Both the position numbers and the translations under genes were made by a program. A stretch of 64,000 nt of DNA from a bacterium (GTDB taxonomy: Bacteria; Zhuqueibacterota; QNDG01; DSAB01), in contig JAFGDT010000079.1 of NCBI GenBank assembly GCA_016931965.1, positions 16,694 to 80,693 of the forward strand, in the 5' to 3' direction. The notes below the pieces were generated by a model, which saw nothing but the letters and a program-made list of their open reading frames with translations, was not told the DNA's origin and ran no database searches. Shown here in pieces: positions 1-11,285 of this stretch. Position 1 is the first letter of the stretch. Every line of letters begins with the position of its first letter.

Positions 1-750
1 GCAATAGCCAATCAAAAGGGCGGTGTGGGTAAAACGACAACAGCGGTTAATTTGGCCGCTTCGATTGCCGTAGCAGAGAGACGGACATTGCTTGTGGATG
101 CCGATCCGCAGGCGAATGCCACAAGCGGTGTGGGTATCGATCATAAAACACTGGAAAAGAGCATTTACGATGTCATTTTAAAGGATGTCAATATTCACAA
201 TGTTATATTGAATACACAGATGGCTTATCTGGATATATTGCCTTCGAATATCAATCTGGTCGGTGCTGAGGTGGAATTGGTTAATCTAATCGGCAGAGAG
301 AAAATACTACGTTCTATATTGGATGAACTTGACGATCAATATGAATATATTTTTATTGATTGTCCTCCTTCATTGGGATTACTGACAATCAACAGTCTTA
401 CTGCGGCCCATTCTGTCCTTATCCCTATTCAGTGTGAATATTATGCTTTGGAAGGATTGAGCCAACTCCTGAAAACCATTCGTCTCGTTCAGAAACATCT
501 CAACGGTGAATTGGTCATTGAAGGGGTGCTTTTAACCATGTATGATAACCGGCTCAATCTTTCGCAGCAGGTGGCGGAAGATGTGAGAAAATTCTTTGAT
601 GATAAAGTGTTCAATACGATTATTCATCGCAATGTGAGGTTGAGTGAAGCCCCCAGTTATGGAAAACCGGTCATTCTCTACGATGCTGTTTGTTCTGGAA
701 CGGAGCACTATATGAGGCTTGCTGAGGAGGTGATGAATCATGAAGCATAA
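1..750 (+). CDS. parA: ParA/Soj chromosome partitioning ATPase (starts before the window)
   Basis: Frame 1 reads [13 protein letters not shown] (deviant Walker A) from base 1; [17 protein letters not shown] and RLSEAPSYG motifs; followed by parB. Confidence 0.97.
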   Translation, partial: AIANQKGGVGKTTTAVNLAASIAVAERRTLLVDADPQANATSGVGIDHKTLEKSIYDVILKDVNIHNVILNTQMAYLDILPSNINLVGAEVELVNLIGREKILRSILDELDDQYEYIFIDCPPSLGLLTINSLTAAHSVLIPIQCEYYALEGLSQLLKTIRLVQKHLNGELVIEGVLLTMYDNRLNLSQQVAEDVRKFFDDKVFNTIIHRNVRLSEAPSYGKPVILYDAVCSGTEHYMRLAEEVMNHEA

Positions 751-1606
751 ACGGTTGGGCAGGGGTTTGGAGGCATTGATTACTCAGAGTTCGCCTGATG
801 AAGAGGATCATCTGGATGAGACGCTCTGTAAGGTGGATGTATCCAAAATACATCCGAATCCTTATCAACCCAGGAGAGATCTTGACAGGGATGAACTGGA
901 AAAATTGAAACAATCGATTCGGGAAAATGGTGTGATACAACCCATTGCCGTCCGGAAAGTAGACGGAGAATTTGAATTGATTGCCGGTGAAAGGCGACTC
1001 CGGGCTGTACAGGAATTGGGATTCCAGGAGATACCCGCATTTGTCATGGATGTTGTGAGTGAAGACCAGATGCTTGAGATGGCACTGGTTGAAAACATAC
1101 AGAGAGAGGATTTGAATCCGATTGAATTGGCGAAAGCCTATCACCGACTGCAGAAAGAATATGGATTAACGCAGGAGGCAATCGCTCAGAAAGTCGGGAA
1201 GGATCGTGCGTCCGTGGCTAATTTTATTCGTTTGTTGAAGCTTCCGGACATCATACAGAAAAGTCTTGAAAAAGAAGAAATTTCGATGGGGCATGCCAGG
1301 GCTTTGATGGGACTTCCCCAGGAAGGACTCCAGATTAGAATATGGAAAAAACTGGTTAAACGAGGGTGGAATGTTAGAAAAATTGAGGAAATTGTCCGAG
1401 ATCAGTTGGAAAAGGATGAAAAGGGAAAAGAAAGCAAAATTAGAGAGAAATCTTCTTATCTCGTTGATATTGAAGATAAGCTGAGGGTTATTTTGGGAAC
1501 GCAGATTCATATCCAACAGATGGCTCGAGGAGGCAAGATCGAGATTTCCTATTTTTCGAATGAAGATTTGGAACGTATTATCGAACTCATACAACAGATA
1601 TCGTAG
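740..1606 (+). CDS. parB: ParB/Spo0J partitioning protein
   Basis: N-terminal [23 protein letters not shown] arginine patch, ENIQREDL and an HTH region. Confidence 0.97.
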   Translation: MKHKRLGRGLEALITQSSPDEEDHLDETLCKVDVSKIHPNPYQPRRDLDRDELEKLKQSIRENGVIQPIAVRKVDGEFELIAGERRLRAVQELGFQEIPAFVMDVVSEDQMLEMALVENIQREDLNPIELAKAYHRLQKEYGLTQEAIAQKVGKDRASVANFIRLLKLPDIIQKSLEKEEISMGHARALMGLPQEGLQIRIWKKLVKRGWNVRKIEEIVRDQLEKDEKGKESKIREKSSYLVDIEDKLRVILGTQIHIQQMARGGKIEISYFSNEDLERIIELIQQIS

Positions 1607-1613
1607 GTTTAAG

Positions 1614-2504
1614 ATGAAAAAACGCAGTCGAAAAAAATATTTGTCATTGATCTTTGTTCCTGATCAGGAACAAGAGCCGAAGAGTATCTCGATGAGTTAT
1701 GCCAGAGGGCGTTTGATACTGGTTTTGCTTGTTATTCTTTTGCTTCACTCTATATTTGGCGGGATAGGCTACTACCGGATTTATCGATTGGGAAAATGGA
1801 CAAGTGTGCTGGAAGAGGAGAATAGAGATTTAAATGTCCGGAATCAGAAAATTGAAGAAATTGCTGAGCAGTTTGAGTTGATTCGACTGAGGGACGAACA
1901 GATACGAAGAGCGTTTGGTACACAATTGGGGCTTGAGGCTTCTCCTGATCTTGATCTTATCATCATGAATGATCAAGTGAATGCATACAGTTCCACTTTG
2001 AGAGCGATGAATGAAGAAACCGCATCTGTTGAAACATCGAGGCAACCTGTTCAAAATGGCCTTTATTTCTTGACTGAAGGCAGTGGTGAATATTTTGATC
2101 CTGAGTATTTACCCACACGTCTTCCCGTAAATGGCTATGTTACCACCCGTTTTCAAGAAGGAGGGTGGTTTGTGGGGCGAAGTCATCTGGGGATCGATAT
2201 TGCCGCTCAAAAAGGGACATCTATCCGAGCAGCAGGATCCGGGATAATCCTCTTTGCTGATTGGACTCCCGATTTTGGCAATCTCGTGGTTATTGCCCAT
2301 GGGAACGGACTTTTTTCTTATTATGCCCATGCGATGCGGTTGCTCGTGGCTCAGGGTATGCGGGTGAAGCGCGGTGATGTGATCGCCCTTGTCGGCAGTT
2401 CGGGAATCAGTTCGGCTCCACATTTACATTTTGAGATTTGGAAAAATGGCAAAGCGCTGGATCCGGAAGAATTTATTTTTGCGTTGCAGGGTCCGAGTGA
2501 ATAA
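1614..2504 (+). CDS. M23-family metallopeptidase (membrane-anchored, coiled coil)
   Basis: HLGID (HxxxD), YAH and HLHFE (HxH) motifs; N-terminal TM segment. ATG at 1614 preferred over the ORF-track start, which overlaps parB. Confidence 0.9.
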   Translation: MKKRSRKKYLSLIFVPDQEQEPKSISMSYARGRLILVLLVILLLHSIFGGIGYYRIYRLGKWTSVLEEENRDLNVRNQKIEEIAEQFELIRLRDEQIRRAFGTQLGLEASPDLDLIIMNDQVNAYSSTLRAMNEETASVETSRQPVQNGLYFLTEGSGEYFDPEYLPTRLPVNGYVTTRFQEGGWFVGRSHLGIDIAAQKGTSIRAAGSGIILFADWTPDFGNLVVIAHGNGLFSYYAHAMRLLVAQGMRVKRGDVIALVGSSGISSAPHLHFEIWKNGKALDPEEFIFALQGPSE

Positions 2505-2562
2505 AAGATTTGTTTAACTTGAGAATAGTAGGATAGTCATCCATAAAATTTAGGAGTATATT

Positions 2563-2973
2563 TTGCGAAAAGGGAAAACAAATACCGAATTTGGCCGGGG
2601 GGGTGAATTGAATACCATTGTGGGGAAAGGGACAATTGTTGAGGGAGATTTGAAGGTCAAAAACAGTCTCCGTATCGATGGTATTGTGAAAGGGAATGTC
2701 AACACGACGGATACGATTATTGTCGGTAAGGATGGTGAGGTGGAGGGTCGGGTCCGAGCGAAACATCTTCTTTTGGGTGGCAAAGTGAAAGGGAATGTTT
2801 TTGCATCTGGCAGGGTTTTTTTAGAATCAACGGCTTCTGTTTTTGGAGATATCAAAGCGGTACGGCTGGTCGTTGATGAGGGTGCCATTTTTGATGGAAA
2901 ATGTACAATGAATGAAACCGAAAAAACAGAGGATTCAAAATCATCGGAAACCAATGAGAATCTTCCGAGTTAA
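2563..2973 (+). CDS. Bactofilin (polymer-forming cytoskeletal protein)
   Basis: TIVGKGTIVEGDL...LRIDG..KGNV...GAIFDGKC beta-helix repeats; TTG start preceded by AGGAG. Confidence 0.92.
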   Translation: MRKGKTNTEFGRGGELNTIVGKGTIVEGDLKVKNSLRIDGIVKGNVNTTDTIIVGKDGEVEGRVRAKHLLLGGKVKGNVFASGRVFLESTASVFGDIKAVRLVVDEGAIFDGKCTMNETEKTEDSKSSETNENLPS

Positions 2974-3082
2974 AGAAAAAGTGTGCTGTCGGTTTCAACT
3001 TAGTACGGTTATGGCACTTTTAAAAAATAAATCGTTTATTCAAGAGGGGATCATTCTATTTGGATATGAAGAGGAATAAAAT

Positions 3083-3394
3083 ATGACTGTAGGTGTTCTC
3101 AATGAAATCAAGAAAGCCGAAGAGAAGGCAGATCGAATTGTACAAGAGGCTCGTGAGAAAGGTGAAATGAAGTTGGGAGAAGCCAGAATTCGGATGAAAG
3201 AGGAAATTGAAAAGACAAAAAAGCAAACCAAATTGAATATCTCAAAACATGTTGAAGCCATTTGCCAGGATCGCGAAAAGGAGATTCGGGCTATTCAGAG
3301 GGAAACAAAAACAAAAATGAATAAGATTCGAAGTCATGCTCAGCAGAAAAAGCAAGAAGTTGTGTCGCTCATTTTAAAAAGGATTTTAGGATAA
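3083..3394 (+). CDS. V/A-type ATPase peripheral stalk subunit G/H
   Basis: LNEIKKAEEKADRIVQEA coiled coil; first gene of the V-ATPase operon. Confidence 0.8.
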   Translation: MTVGVLNEIKKAEEKADRIVQEAREKGEMKLGEARIRMKEEIEKTKKQTKLNISKHVEAICQDREKEIRAIQRETKTKMNKIRSHAQQKKQEVVSLILKRILG

Positions 3395-5394
3395 TGGCTA
3401 TATCTCCGATGCAAAAGGTTGAAATCTTCGGCCACCGTTCAGAAAAAGGAGAAGTTCTTCGAATGCTACAGGATCTGGGTATCATGGAAGTCAGTGATTT
3501 TGGCGATACAGATCAGGATACTCCTGTTGAAACGGTCATTTCGGAAACGTCACAGAAGATCAGTGAATTGAAAGAACAGTATTCGGGTGTCCAGTTCAGC
3601 ATTCGGTTTTTGCAGCCCTATTTGCCCAAACAGAACTTTTTGGAAAAGATGGCCAATAAACGGTTAATGGTATCCAGAGAAGAATATGTTCAAATTTCAG
3701 AGAGTTTTGATTACCAGCAGGTTGTTGCTCAATGCAATACCTTTGATGTGGAAAAGGTTGAACTGCTCAATCAATTGGATAAGCTGAAAAAAGAGCGGGA
3801 CGCCGTTCTATCCTGGTTGCCGATGGAAATTCCGGTTGACCAGATTGCCGACACCAAAACAACCATCGTTAGAACATTTACCATTCGAAAAAATCTCTGC
3901 GAAAAACTGATTTCATCTTTGGAATCGTTTAAAGATGCTTATGATTTGATCCGCATTCAGCAAGTCGAGATAGAAGATGCTGTATTATTGATTTATCTCA
4001 AAGAAGAAAGAGATGCGATTGAGGCTGTATTACAGGAAATCGAGCATCATGATGTGTCTTGGGAAGGGTACCAAGGAACGCCGAAACAGATTGTCGCCTC
4101 GATTGAACGCGAAATGGATGAAATGGAACAAAAATTGAAATGGATTGCTAAAGAAACCGTGAAGATGGTTGCTCACAGGCCCAAATTGCTTTTAATGGAA
4201 GATTATCTGTCCAATGCCATCGAACGGCTCGAAATTGAGAAGCAATTTGCTCAAACAAAAAATGCTTTTGTCATTCAGGGATGGACAAGGACAGAGGATT
4301 TCGACCAACTTCAGGAACAGATCGAAAAACAATTCAGCATGGCGCGGGTTATTCGTGCTGAACAGGCCAAAGGTGAAAAGCCGCCGGTGCTGCTCAAAAA
4401 TAAGAATTTTTCAGAGCCATTCGAAGTGGTGACCAACCTGTATGGATCTCCATCGTATTATGAAATCGATCCTACTCCGGCTCTTGCCCCTTTCTTCATC
4501 CTTCTTCTGGCTATCTGTATTACCGATGGAGGGTATGGTCTTGTCATGGCTCTTTTTGGTTTTGTCGCTATGAAGTTTCTCCGTCTTGGACAGGGAATGC
4601 GAAAACTTTTTAAAATCATTTTTTACACCGGAATTGTCACTGTAGTTGTAGGCATATTTACGGGCGGTTATTTTGGAATTGATTTTTCAGGTCTCAGTCC
4701 CTCTCTTCAGGCGCTGAGGAACAGATTCTTGTTTGTCGATCCGATGAATCAACCTGTGCTGTTTCTGTTGGTATCATTTGCGATTGGATTCGTACACATT
4801 TCATTCGGGGTTCTTGTTGAGTTTTATGATAAATTTCGAAAAGGCAAATGGGTGGATGGTTTATTCGATCAGATTTCGTGGATTTTTTTCCTGTGGGGAA
4901 TTGCCCTTTATGCTGTCTCATCATTTGGCCTATTGCCCTCAATCGTGGGTGTGATCTGCAAATGGATGGCGTTGGTTTCCGGATTGGTGATTTTTTTATT
5001 CAGCGGTCGCGAAAATAAAAGCATCATCGGACGGCTGGGCAGTGGTTTGTTTGAGCTTTACGGGATTACGGGTTATTTTGGAGATATCCTTTCCTATTCC
5101 AGAGTGATGGCCATGGGAATGGCTACGGGTGTGATTGCCATGGTTGTCAATATCTTCGTGGGTATGGTGAAAGGTATTCCCGTTGTCGGCATTGTTGTGG
5201 CCGCCCTGCTGTTTGTTTTCGGTCATATTTTTAATATTTTGATCAACTTGGTCAGTGGGTTTGTTCATACCATGCGGTTGCAGTTTGTGGAATTTTTTGG
5301 CAAATTTTTAGAAGGGGACGGTAAACCTTTTAAACCTTTTCAGACGAGTTATCGGTATGTTTTATTTTCATCAGGAGATATAGAGAGAAAATAA
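3394..5394 (+). CDS. ntpI: V/A-type ATPase subunit I (a)
   Basis: MAISPMQKV, EIDPTP, DGGYG, DILSYSRVMA (essential Arg) and HTMRLQFVEFF. Confidence 0.96.
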   Translation: MAISPMQKVEIFGHRSEKGEVLRMLQDLGIMEVSDFGDTDQDTPVETVISETSQKISELKEQYSGVQFSIRFLQPYLPKQNFLEKMANKRLMVSREEYVQISESFDYQQVVAQCNTFDVEKVELLNQLDKLKKERDAVLSWLPMEIPVDQIADTKTTIVRTFTIRKNLCEKLISSLESFKDAYDLIRIQQVEIEDAVLLIYLKEERDAIEAVLQEIEHHDVSWEGYQGTPKQIVASIEREMDEMEQKLKWIAKETVKMVAHRPKLLLMEDYLSNAIERLEIEKQFAQTKNAFVIQGWTRTEDFDQLQEQIEKQFSMARVIRAEQAKGEKPPVLLKNKNFSEPFEVVTNLYGSPSYYEIDPTPALAPFFILLLAICITDGGYGLVMALFGFVAMKFLRLGQGMRKLFKIIFYTGIVTVVVGIFTGGYFGIDFSGLSPSLQALRNRFLFVDPMNQPVLFLLVSFAIGFVHISFGVLVEFYDKFRKGKWVDGLFDQISWIFFLWGIALYAVSSFGLLPSIVGVICKWMALVSGLVIFLFSGRENKSIIGRLGSGLFELYGITGYFGDILSYSRVMAMGMATGVIAMVVNIFVGMVKGIPVVGIVVAALLFVFGHIFNILINLVSGFVHTMRLQFVEFFGKFLEGDGKPFKPFQTSYRYVLFSSGDIERK

Positions 5395-5452
5395 TGTCAT
5401 GGTTGTTTATTTATCATTTCAATGGTTATCTAAATTTTAACAGGAGGATGTT

Positions 5453-5947
5453 ATGATTGGATTAGTGATTGCACTCTTTGGAATTGCTCTGGCGGTGGTT
5501 CTATGTGGATTTGGATCGATTATTGCGGTTGGAGCCTTGGGACAGACCTCAAACGGTGTGATGAGTGAAGAACCTGAATTGTTCGGAAAATTGTTGTTGC
5601 TTACGGCTTTGCCGGGGACGCAGGGGATTTATGGGTTTTTGGCCGGATTCATTGGTATTGTGAAATTGGGTCTTTTGGGAGGTGGCCCTGAGGCTCAATG
5701 GCAAATACTGAGGGATTCGGGCACTGTTTTGGATGGGGTTCAGTTCCTGCTGGCTTGCTTGCCTATTGCTCTTGCAGGTTTTTTCTCCGCTATCAAACAA
5801 GGACAGGTTTGTGGTACCGGTATTACCATGACTGCCAAACAACCTGATCATATGGGAAAAGCTCTGGTTTTGGGTGTGTTTGTTGAATTTTATGCCATCT
5901 TAGGTCTTCTTATATCGATTCTTATGATAAACAGCATACAGTATTAG
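5453..5947 (+). CDS. ntpK: V/A-type ATPase subunit K (c), four-TM, Na+-binding signature
   Basis: LPGTQGIYG, SAIKQG and FVEFYAIL match the NtpK pattern. Confidence 0.95.
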   Translation: MIGLVIALFGIALAVVLCGFGSIIAVGALGQTSNGVMSEEPELFGKLLLLTALPGTQGIYGFLAGFIGIVKLGLLGGGPEAQWQILRDSGTVLDGVQFLLACLPIALAGFFSAIKQGQVCGTGITMTAKQPDHMGKALVLGVFVEFYAILGLLISILMINSIQY

Positions 5948-5956
5948 GTGGATTAT

Positions 5957-6559
5957 ATGCCTGCGGAAGCGATTATTAAAAAGATATTGGATGACGCCAA
6001 AAAGGAAGCGGTGACTGTTGAGAAGGAATATCGGGAAGAACTGAAGAAAATCGAAGCCGAGCAGAAGCTGGAAATTGAAAAGATCACGGCTGATGTCAAA
6101 AAAGAAGGGAAAACGCAGGGTGATGAAAAGGCTCGGCGGCTCCTTTCAAATGCGGAAATCGGTGCAAGAAAATCTTTGCTTGAACTGAAACAGGAACTGA
6201 TCGATGACGTTTTCCAATCGGCATACGATCACGTGCGAAAAATGGAGGATAAGGTTTACCGTCAATTTATTCACGATCTGATCATCAAGATTGCTGAAAT
6301 CGGTGATGAAGAGGTCATCGTCGGCGAGAAAGATGTCAAATTATTGAATTCTTCGTTTATCGAACAAATCAATGCCGACCTGAAAAAAGCAGGTAAAAAG
6401 GGCAAACTGCATTTGGGAAAGCCTTCTCCCGAGATTGACGGCGGTGTACTTCTTCGCCGCGGACGGAAAGAGATCAGCGCAACACTTTCAGCAATATTCA
6501 ACGAAGCCCGACATGAATTGGAATCTGAGGTGGCCAAGATATTGCTGAAGGAGGGATAA
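5957..6559 (+). CDS. ntpE: V/A-type ATPase subunit E
   Basis: Coiled-coil N-terminus (IIKKILDDAKKEA), IDGGVLL motif and operon position. Confidence 0.92.
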   Translation: MPAEAIIKKILDDAKKEAVTVEKEYREELKKIEAEQKLEIEKITADVKKEGKTQGDEKARRLLSNAEIGARKSLLELKQELIDDVFQSAYDHVRKMEDKVYRQFIHDLIIKIAEIGDEEVIVGEKDVKLLNSSFIEQINADLKKAGKKGKLHLGKPSPEIDGGVLLRRGRKEISATLSAIFNEARHELESEVAKILLKEG

Positions 6560-7620
6560 TGAAACCCCGTCTTCATTTTGATTTCCGGTATGGTTTTGCA
6601 GTCGGGCGTATTCGCTCTCTGGAAAAACGTTTTCTGTCCAAACAGATATTCGATCGGCTTCTCAGTTGCTCTCTCCCCCAGGAGATGGGTCGTATTCTTT
6701 CAGAGAATGGGTATCGGAGTGAATTTTCAGGCGCAGGGACCTGGCTTGATATTGAGGATTCTCTGGAACGCGAATGGAATGATACACTCAGCCTGGTGAC
6801 CCAACTCAATGAAGATCCATTTTGGACGGATTTGTTTCGTAAGCGCATGGATTACTATAATTTAAAAATACTTCTGAAGGGAAATGTGTCGGGGGAAAAT
6901 CGTGAAGATCTTCTTCAGGAAGGGGGATTCATACTGATTGAACTCATTAAAAAGAAAATGCAATTGGAAAAAAGAGAAGAAACTGAAGAAAAGGAAGAAA
7001 TAGAAGAATCTGAAGAAGATGAAGTGTTACCTCCCTTTTTTAAAAGTGCATTTCAGAAAGCGAAGGAGGCTCTTTCTGAAACAAAGGATCCCACTTTGGT
7101 GGAACTCGTTGTTGATCAACTTGAGATGGAAGATTGGAATCTGGCCTTTCAGAAACAGTCTAATCGTTTTTTATCGGACTGGTTGCGTCTTCAAATCGAT
7201 TTGATCAATTTGACAACCCTTTTGCGTATTAAATCCGCAAAGGAGAAACCCCCTTATTTGGATAGAGCTTTTTTAAAAGGTGGCACTCTGACGTGCGAAT
7301 TTTTCTCTTTATTCATTGAAGAACCCTGGAAATCGGTCTATCAAGCTTTGGAGGGAACGGATTATGGGGAAATGGTTGTTCGGGCCGTTCGGGATCTTGA
7401 AAATGGGAAAGGCTTTTCAGAATGGGAACGGTTATGTCAATCCATGAACTGGCAATATCTCCAGTTTGCACGTCAGTTTGGGTTTGGTGTTGAGGTTCTG
7501 TTTTCCTATTTGTTGGTAAGAGAAACGGAGTTGTCACTGGTTCGTCGTATTCTTATTGGCAGGGCCAATGGACTGGCAAAAGAAACGATATCTGATGGAG
7601 TTGCTTATGTTTTCAACTAA
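6559..7620 (+). CDS. ntpC: V/A-type ATPase subunit C (d)
   Basis: YGFAVGRIRSLEKRFL, DYYNLK, IDLINL and RETELSLVRRIL motifs. Confidence 0.9.
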   Translation: MKPRLHFDFRYGFAVGRIRSLEKRFLSKQIFDRLLSCSLPQEMGRILSENGYRSEFSGAGTWLDIEDSLEREWNDTLSLVTQLNEDPFWTDLFRKRMDYYNLKILLKGNVSGENREDLLQEGGFILIELIKKKMQLEKREETEEKEEIEESEEDEVLPPFFKSAFQKAKEALSETKDPTLVELVVDQLEMEDWNLAFQKQSNRFLSDWLRLQIDLINLTTLLRIKSAKEKPPYLDRAFLKGGTLTCEFFSLFIEEPWKSVYQALEGTDYGEMVVRAVRDLENGKGFSEWERLCQSMNWQYLQFARQFGFGVEVLFSYLLVRETELSLVRRILIGRANGLAKETISDGVAYVFN

Positions 7621-7939
7621 GATTGCCGCAGTCGGAGATTTTGATTCGGTCTTTATGTTTCAATCCATGGGTGTGCAAGTCTATGCTGTAGAGGAGAGTA
7701 CAAAGGGTAGAGAGCACTTCTCGCAGATTTTAAAACAGGGATTTGAAATCGTTTTTTTAACTGAAAGACTTGGAGAAAAATGGTCTGACATCATCCAGGA
7801 GGTCAGTACCAAAAGAAAACCCACCGTGGTGTTGATTCCCGACCAGAAGGGAAGCACCGGATTCGCGTTGGACCGAATTCGGAATGTCGTGAAAAAAGCG
7901 GTCGGTGCCGATATCTTAAAAGAAAAAAGAGAAACTTAA
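7607..7939 (+). CDS. ntpF: V/A-type ATPase subunit F
   Basis: KIAAVGDFDSV...LIP...VKKAVGADI; ATG at 7607 preceded by GGAG. Confidence 0.92.
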   Translation: MFSTKIAAVGDFDSVFMFQSMGVQVYAVEESTKGREHFSQILKQGFEIVFLTERLGEKWSDIIQEVSTKRKPTVVLIPDQKGSTGFALDRIRNVVKKAVGADILKEKRET

Positions 7940-8002
7940 ATCAATTTAATGGAATGTGAACCATTCGATTTGATCGGGTGATGTGAATATAAGGATGTGC
8001 GT

Positions 8003-9775
8003 ATGAGTAAAAAAGGACAAATTGTAAAAGTCTCAGGTCCGCTGATTGTTGCGGAAGGAATTGAAAATGCCAAAATGTACGACGTTGTGCGGGTGAGTGA
8101 AAAACATCTCATTGGAGAGATCATTGAGCTTCGTGGGAATAGAGCCTGGATACAGGTCTATGAAGAGACCGCCGGATTGGGACCGGGAGAGCCGGTGACG
8201 ACAACGGGAGAACCGTTGAGTGTGGAGCTGGGTCCTGGTCTTATTGAGTCGATCTATGACGGCGTACAAAGGCCGTTGGACATCATCAGACAGCAGGAAG
8301 GTGATTTTATCACACGGGGGATCAATATACCCGGGATCGATAAATCCAAAAAATGGTCATTCAACCCCCGTGTGAAAAAAGGGGATAAGGTCAGTTCTGG
8401 AGATATCCTGGGTGTGATTCAGGAAACGCCTGTTGTTGAACATCGTATCCTTGTGCCGGATGGTGTCGAAGGCTCGGTTCAGGATATCCGAAAGGGTGAA
8501 ATGACCGTTGAACAAACGGTTGCCGTCATTGCCAATGGGAAAGAGAAAACAGAAGTGAATATGCTCCAGAATTGGCCTGTTCGGAAACCCCGACCCTATA
8601 AGCAAAAATTAATTCCTGTTATTCCTCTTATAACCGGACAAAGGGTATTTGATACATTTTTCCCTGTTGGGAAAGGAGGCACCGCGTGTGTACCGGGACC
8701 TTTTGGATCAGGGAAAACGGTAATTCAACACCAGTTGGCAAAGTGGGCTGATGCCGATATCATTGTCTATATCGGCTGCGGAGAACGTGGGAATGAAATG
8801 GCCGATGTGCTCCTCGAGTTTCCGGAACTGACCGATCCCCGTTCGGGAGAACCCCTGATGAAAAGGACCGTTCTTATTGCCAATACATCGAATATGCCGG
8901 TCGCGGCTCGAGAAGCATCGGTTTATACGGGCATCACGATAGCCGAATATTTTCGCGATATGGGCTATTCGGTGGCTGTTATGGCAGATTCCACTTCTCG
9001 ATGGGCAGAAGCCATGCGAGAAATGTCCGGCCGACTTGAAGAAATGCCTGGTGATGAGGGGTACCCGGCCTATCTTGGCAAACGGATTGCCGAATTTTAT
9101 GAAAGAGCCGGAAGGGTCATCTGTGTCGGTTCAGACGGTCGGGAAGGATCTCTGACCGTTGTCGGCGCAGTGTCTCCGCCGGGTGGAGACCTGGCCGATC
9201 CTGTTGTTCAGGCCACACTCCGCATCGTCAAGGTATTCTGGAGTCTTGAAGATAAACTGGCTTATCAGAGACATTTTCCCGCTATCAGCTGGCTGAACAG
9301 CTATTCACTCTACCATTCCAATCTTGAATCCTATTTCCAAAAAGAAATCCACGAGGATTTTCCCGATCTTCGAAAAGAGGCCATGCGCATTTTGCAGGAG
9401 GAAGCGGATCTTCAGGAAATTGTCAAATTGGTCGGAGTTGATGCGCTCTCCATGTCTGACCGCGTCCTGCTTGAAATTGCACGTTCCATTCGTGAAGATT
9501 TTCTTCATCAGAATGCATTTCATGAAGTTGATACCTATGCATTGATGGATAAACAGTATCTGATGCTTAAAATCATTCTTGAGTTGTATGATCTGTTTAA
9601 GAAAGCCATGGAAAATGGTGTGCCTTTTGAAAAACTCAGTTCGTTGCCGATAAGGGAGGAGATTGCCAGAGCGAAGTATCATCCGGAGAAGGAAATGGAA
9701 AAAATCGAAGGTATCCGAAAAGAAATGGTTAAACAGGTCGAAGCACTCATCAAGGAGGAGAAAGTTCATGCATAA
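8003..9775 (+). CDS. ntpA: V/A-type ATPase catalytic subunit A
   Basis: GPFGSGKT P-loop, [21 protein letters not shown] and VSPPGGD; no intein. Confidence 0.98.
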   Translation: MSKKGQIVKVSGPLIVAEGIENAKMYDVVRVSEKHLIGEIIELRGNRAWIQVYEETAGLGPGEPVTTTGEPLSVELGPGLIESIYDGVQRPLDIIRQQEGDFITRGINIPGIDKSKKWSFNPRVKKGDKVSSGDILGVIQETPVVEHRILVPDGVEGSVQDIRKGEMTVEQTVAVIANGKEKTEVNMLQNWPVRKPRPYKQKLIPVIPLITGQRVFDTFFPVGKGGTACVPGPFGSGKTVIQHQLAKWADADIIVYIGCGERGNEMADVLLEFPELTDPRSGEPLMKRTVLIANTSNMPVAAREASVYTGITIAEYFRDMGYSVAVMADSTSRWAEAMREMSGRLEEMPGDEGYPAYLGKRIAEFYERAGRVICVGSDGREGSLTVVGAVSPPGGDLADPVVQATLRIVKVFWSLEDKLAYQRHFPAISWLNSYSLYHSNLESYFQKEIHEDFPDLRKEAMRILQEEADLQEIVKLVGVDALSMSDRVLLEIARSIREDFLHQNAFHEVDTYALMDKQYLMLKIILELYDLFKKAMENGVPFEKLSSLPIREEIARAKYHPEKEMEKIEGIRKEMVKQVEALIKEEKVHA

Positions 9776-11285
9776 GGCGTATTTGACGATTCGTGAAATA
9801 GCTGGGCCTCTCGTTTTAGTTGAAGAGATAGAAGGTGTAAAGTATGAGGAATTGGTCGAATTGGAACTTCCGACCGGAGAGGTGCGTCAAGGACGGGTTT
9901 TGGAAGTCAATGAAGATCGTGCGTTAATCCAGCTTTTTCAAGAAGCTACTGGTCTTGATGTATTTAAAAGCAAGGTTCGTTTTTTAGGAAGAGGCATTCA
10001 ACTCAACGTCTCGCCCGATATTTTAGGAAGGGTGTTTGATGGTCTGGGTCGTCCAATCGACGAGGGTCCACAGATACTCCCCGAAAAGAAACTGGAGATC
10101 AACGGCAATCCGATCAATCCGCAAGCCAGGGCTTATCCGTCTGAATTTATTCAGACGGGCATTTCGGCTATCGATGGTCTGAATACGCTGGTGCGCGGAC
10201 AGAAGTTGCCCATATTTTCCGGTTCCGGATTACCGCATAATCAGGTCGCTGTACAGGTTGCGCGTCAATCGAAAGTCTTGGGGAAAGAAGAGAAATTTGC
10301 CGTTGTTTTCGGTGCCATGGGGATCACATTTGAAGAGGCGGAATATTTTATTCAAGGATTTCGTGAGACCGGCGCGATCGACCGGTCGGTTCTCTTTGTT
10401 AATTTGGCCGATGATCCGGCTATCGAAAGAATTTCAACGCCAAGGATGGCCTTGACAGCTGCCGAATATCTGGCTTTTGATTTGGATATGCATGTTCTGG
10501 TTATTTTAACCGATATGACCAATTATTGTGAAGCCCTGAGAGAAGTTTCCGCGGCTAGAAAGGAGATACCCGGTAGACGAGGCTACCCGGGTTATCTCTA
10601 TACCGACCTCTCATCGATTTATGAAAGAGCCGGAAGAATTAAAGGGAAAAAGGGGTCGATTACACAGATTCCCATCCTCACCATGCCTGAAGATGACAAA
10701 ACCCATCCCATCCCCGATCTGACGGGATACATCACCGAGGGCCAAATAATTCTTTCCCGTCAGCTCTATAAAAAGGGTGTCAATCCCCCAATCGACGTCC
10801 TTCCTTCTCTGTCCCGATTAAAGGACAAGGGTATCGGCAAAGGCAAAACAAGGGAGGATCATGCCGATTTGTTCAATCAGTTGTTTGCGGCTTATGCACA
10901 CGGTAAGGAGGTACAGGAATTGGCCGTTATATTGGGTGAGGCAGCCTTGTCTGAAATGGATCATCTCTATTTCAAATTTGCCGATGATTTTGAAGCGCAA
11001 TATGTGGGTCAAGGTGAGTATGAAGATCGTACCATTGAAGAGACACTCGATATCGGATGGAAGCTTTTATCCGTGTTTCCCACCGTTGAGCTAAAAAGAA
11101 TCCGTCCGGAGTGGATGGATAAATATTTTAAGAAATTTCAGAAGAAAGAAGAAGCCCAAGAAGAAGAAATCAAGGAAGAAGAAATCAAAGAAGGGAAATC
11201 CAAAGAAGAAGCCAAAGAAAAGAAAACCGGAGAAGAGCGAAGCAAAGAAAAAAAGACCAAAGAAGAGGTTGTTGAAAAAGGTTAA
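9768..11285 (+). CDS. ntpB: V/A-type ATPase subunit B with charged C-terminal tail
   Basis: [24 protein letters not shown] and [15 protein letters not shown]; ATG at 9768 overlaps the ntpA stop. Confidence 0.98.
   Translation: MHKAYLTIREIAGPLVLVEEIEGVKYEELVELELPTGEVRQGRVLEVNEDRALIQLFQEATGLDVFKSKVRFLGRGIQLNVSPDILGRVFDGLGRPIDEGPQILPEKKLEINGNPINPQARAYPSEFIQTGISAIDGLNTLVRGQKLPIFSGSGLPHNQVAVQVARQSKVLGKEEKFAVVFGAMGITFEEAEYFIQGFRETGAIDRSVLFVNLADDPAIERISTPRMALTAAEYLAFDLDMHVLVILTDMTNYCEALREVSAARKEIPGRRGYPGYLYTDLSSIYERAGRIKGKKGSITQIPILTMPEDDKTHPIPDLTGYITEGQIILSRQLYKKGVNPPIDVLPSLSRLKDKGIGKGKTREDHADLFNQLFAAYAHGKEVQELAVILGEAALSEMDHLYFKFADDFEAQYVGQGEYEDRTIEETLDIGWKLLSVFPTVELKRIRPEWMDKYFKKFQKKEEAQEEEIKEEEIKEGKSKEEAKEKKTGEERSKEKKTKEEVVEKG
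11160..11189 (+). repeat. Two tandem 15-bp units GAAGAAGAAATCAAR inside the low-complexity Glu/Lys tail of subunit B
   Basis: GAAGAAGAAATCAAG followed by GAAGAAGAAATCAAA (EEEIK x2) within a purine-rich tract of about 11140-11282. Confidence 0.8.

Noticed and set aside
3012-3027. sigma54 promoter upstream of the V-ATPase (TGGCAC)
   Set aside because: No TTGC-like -12 element at the required spacing.
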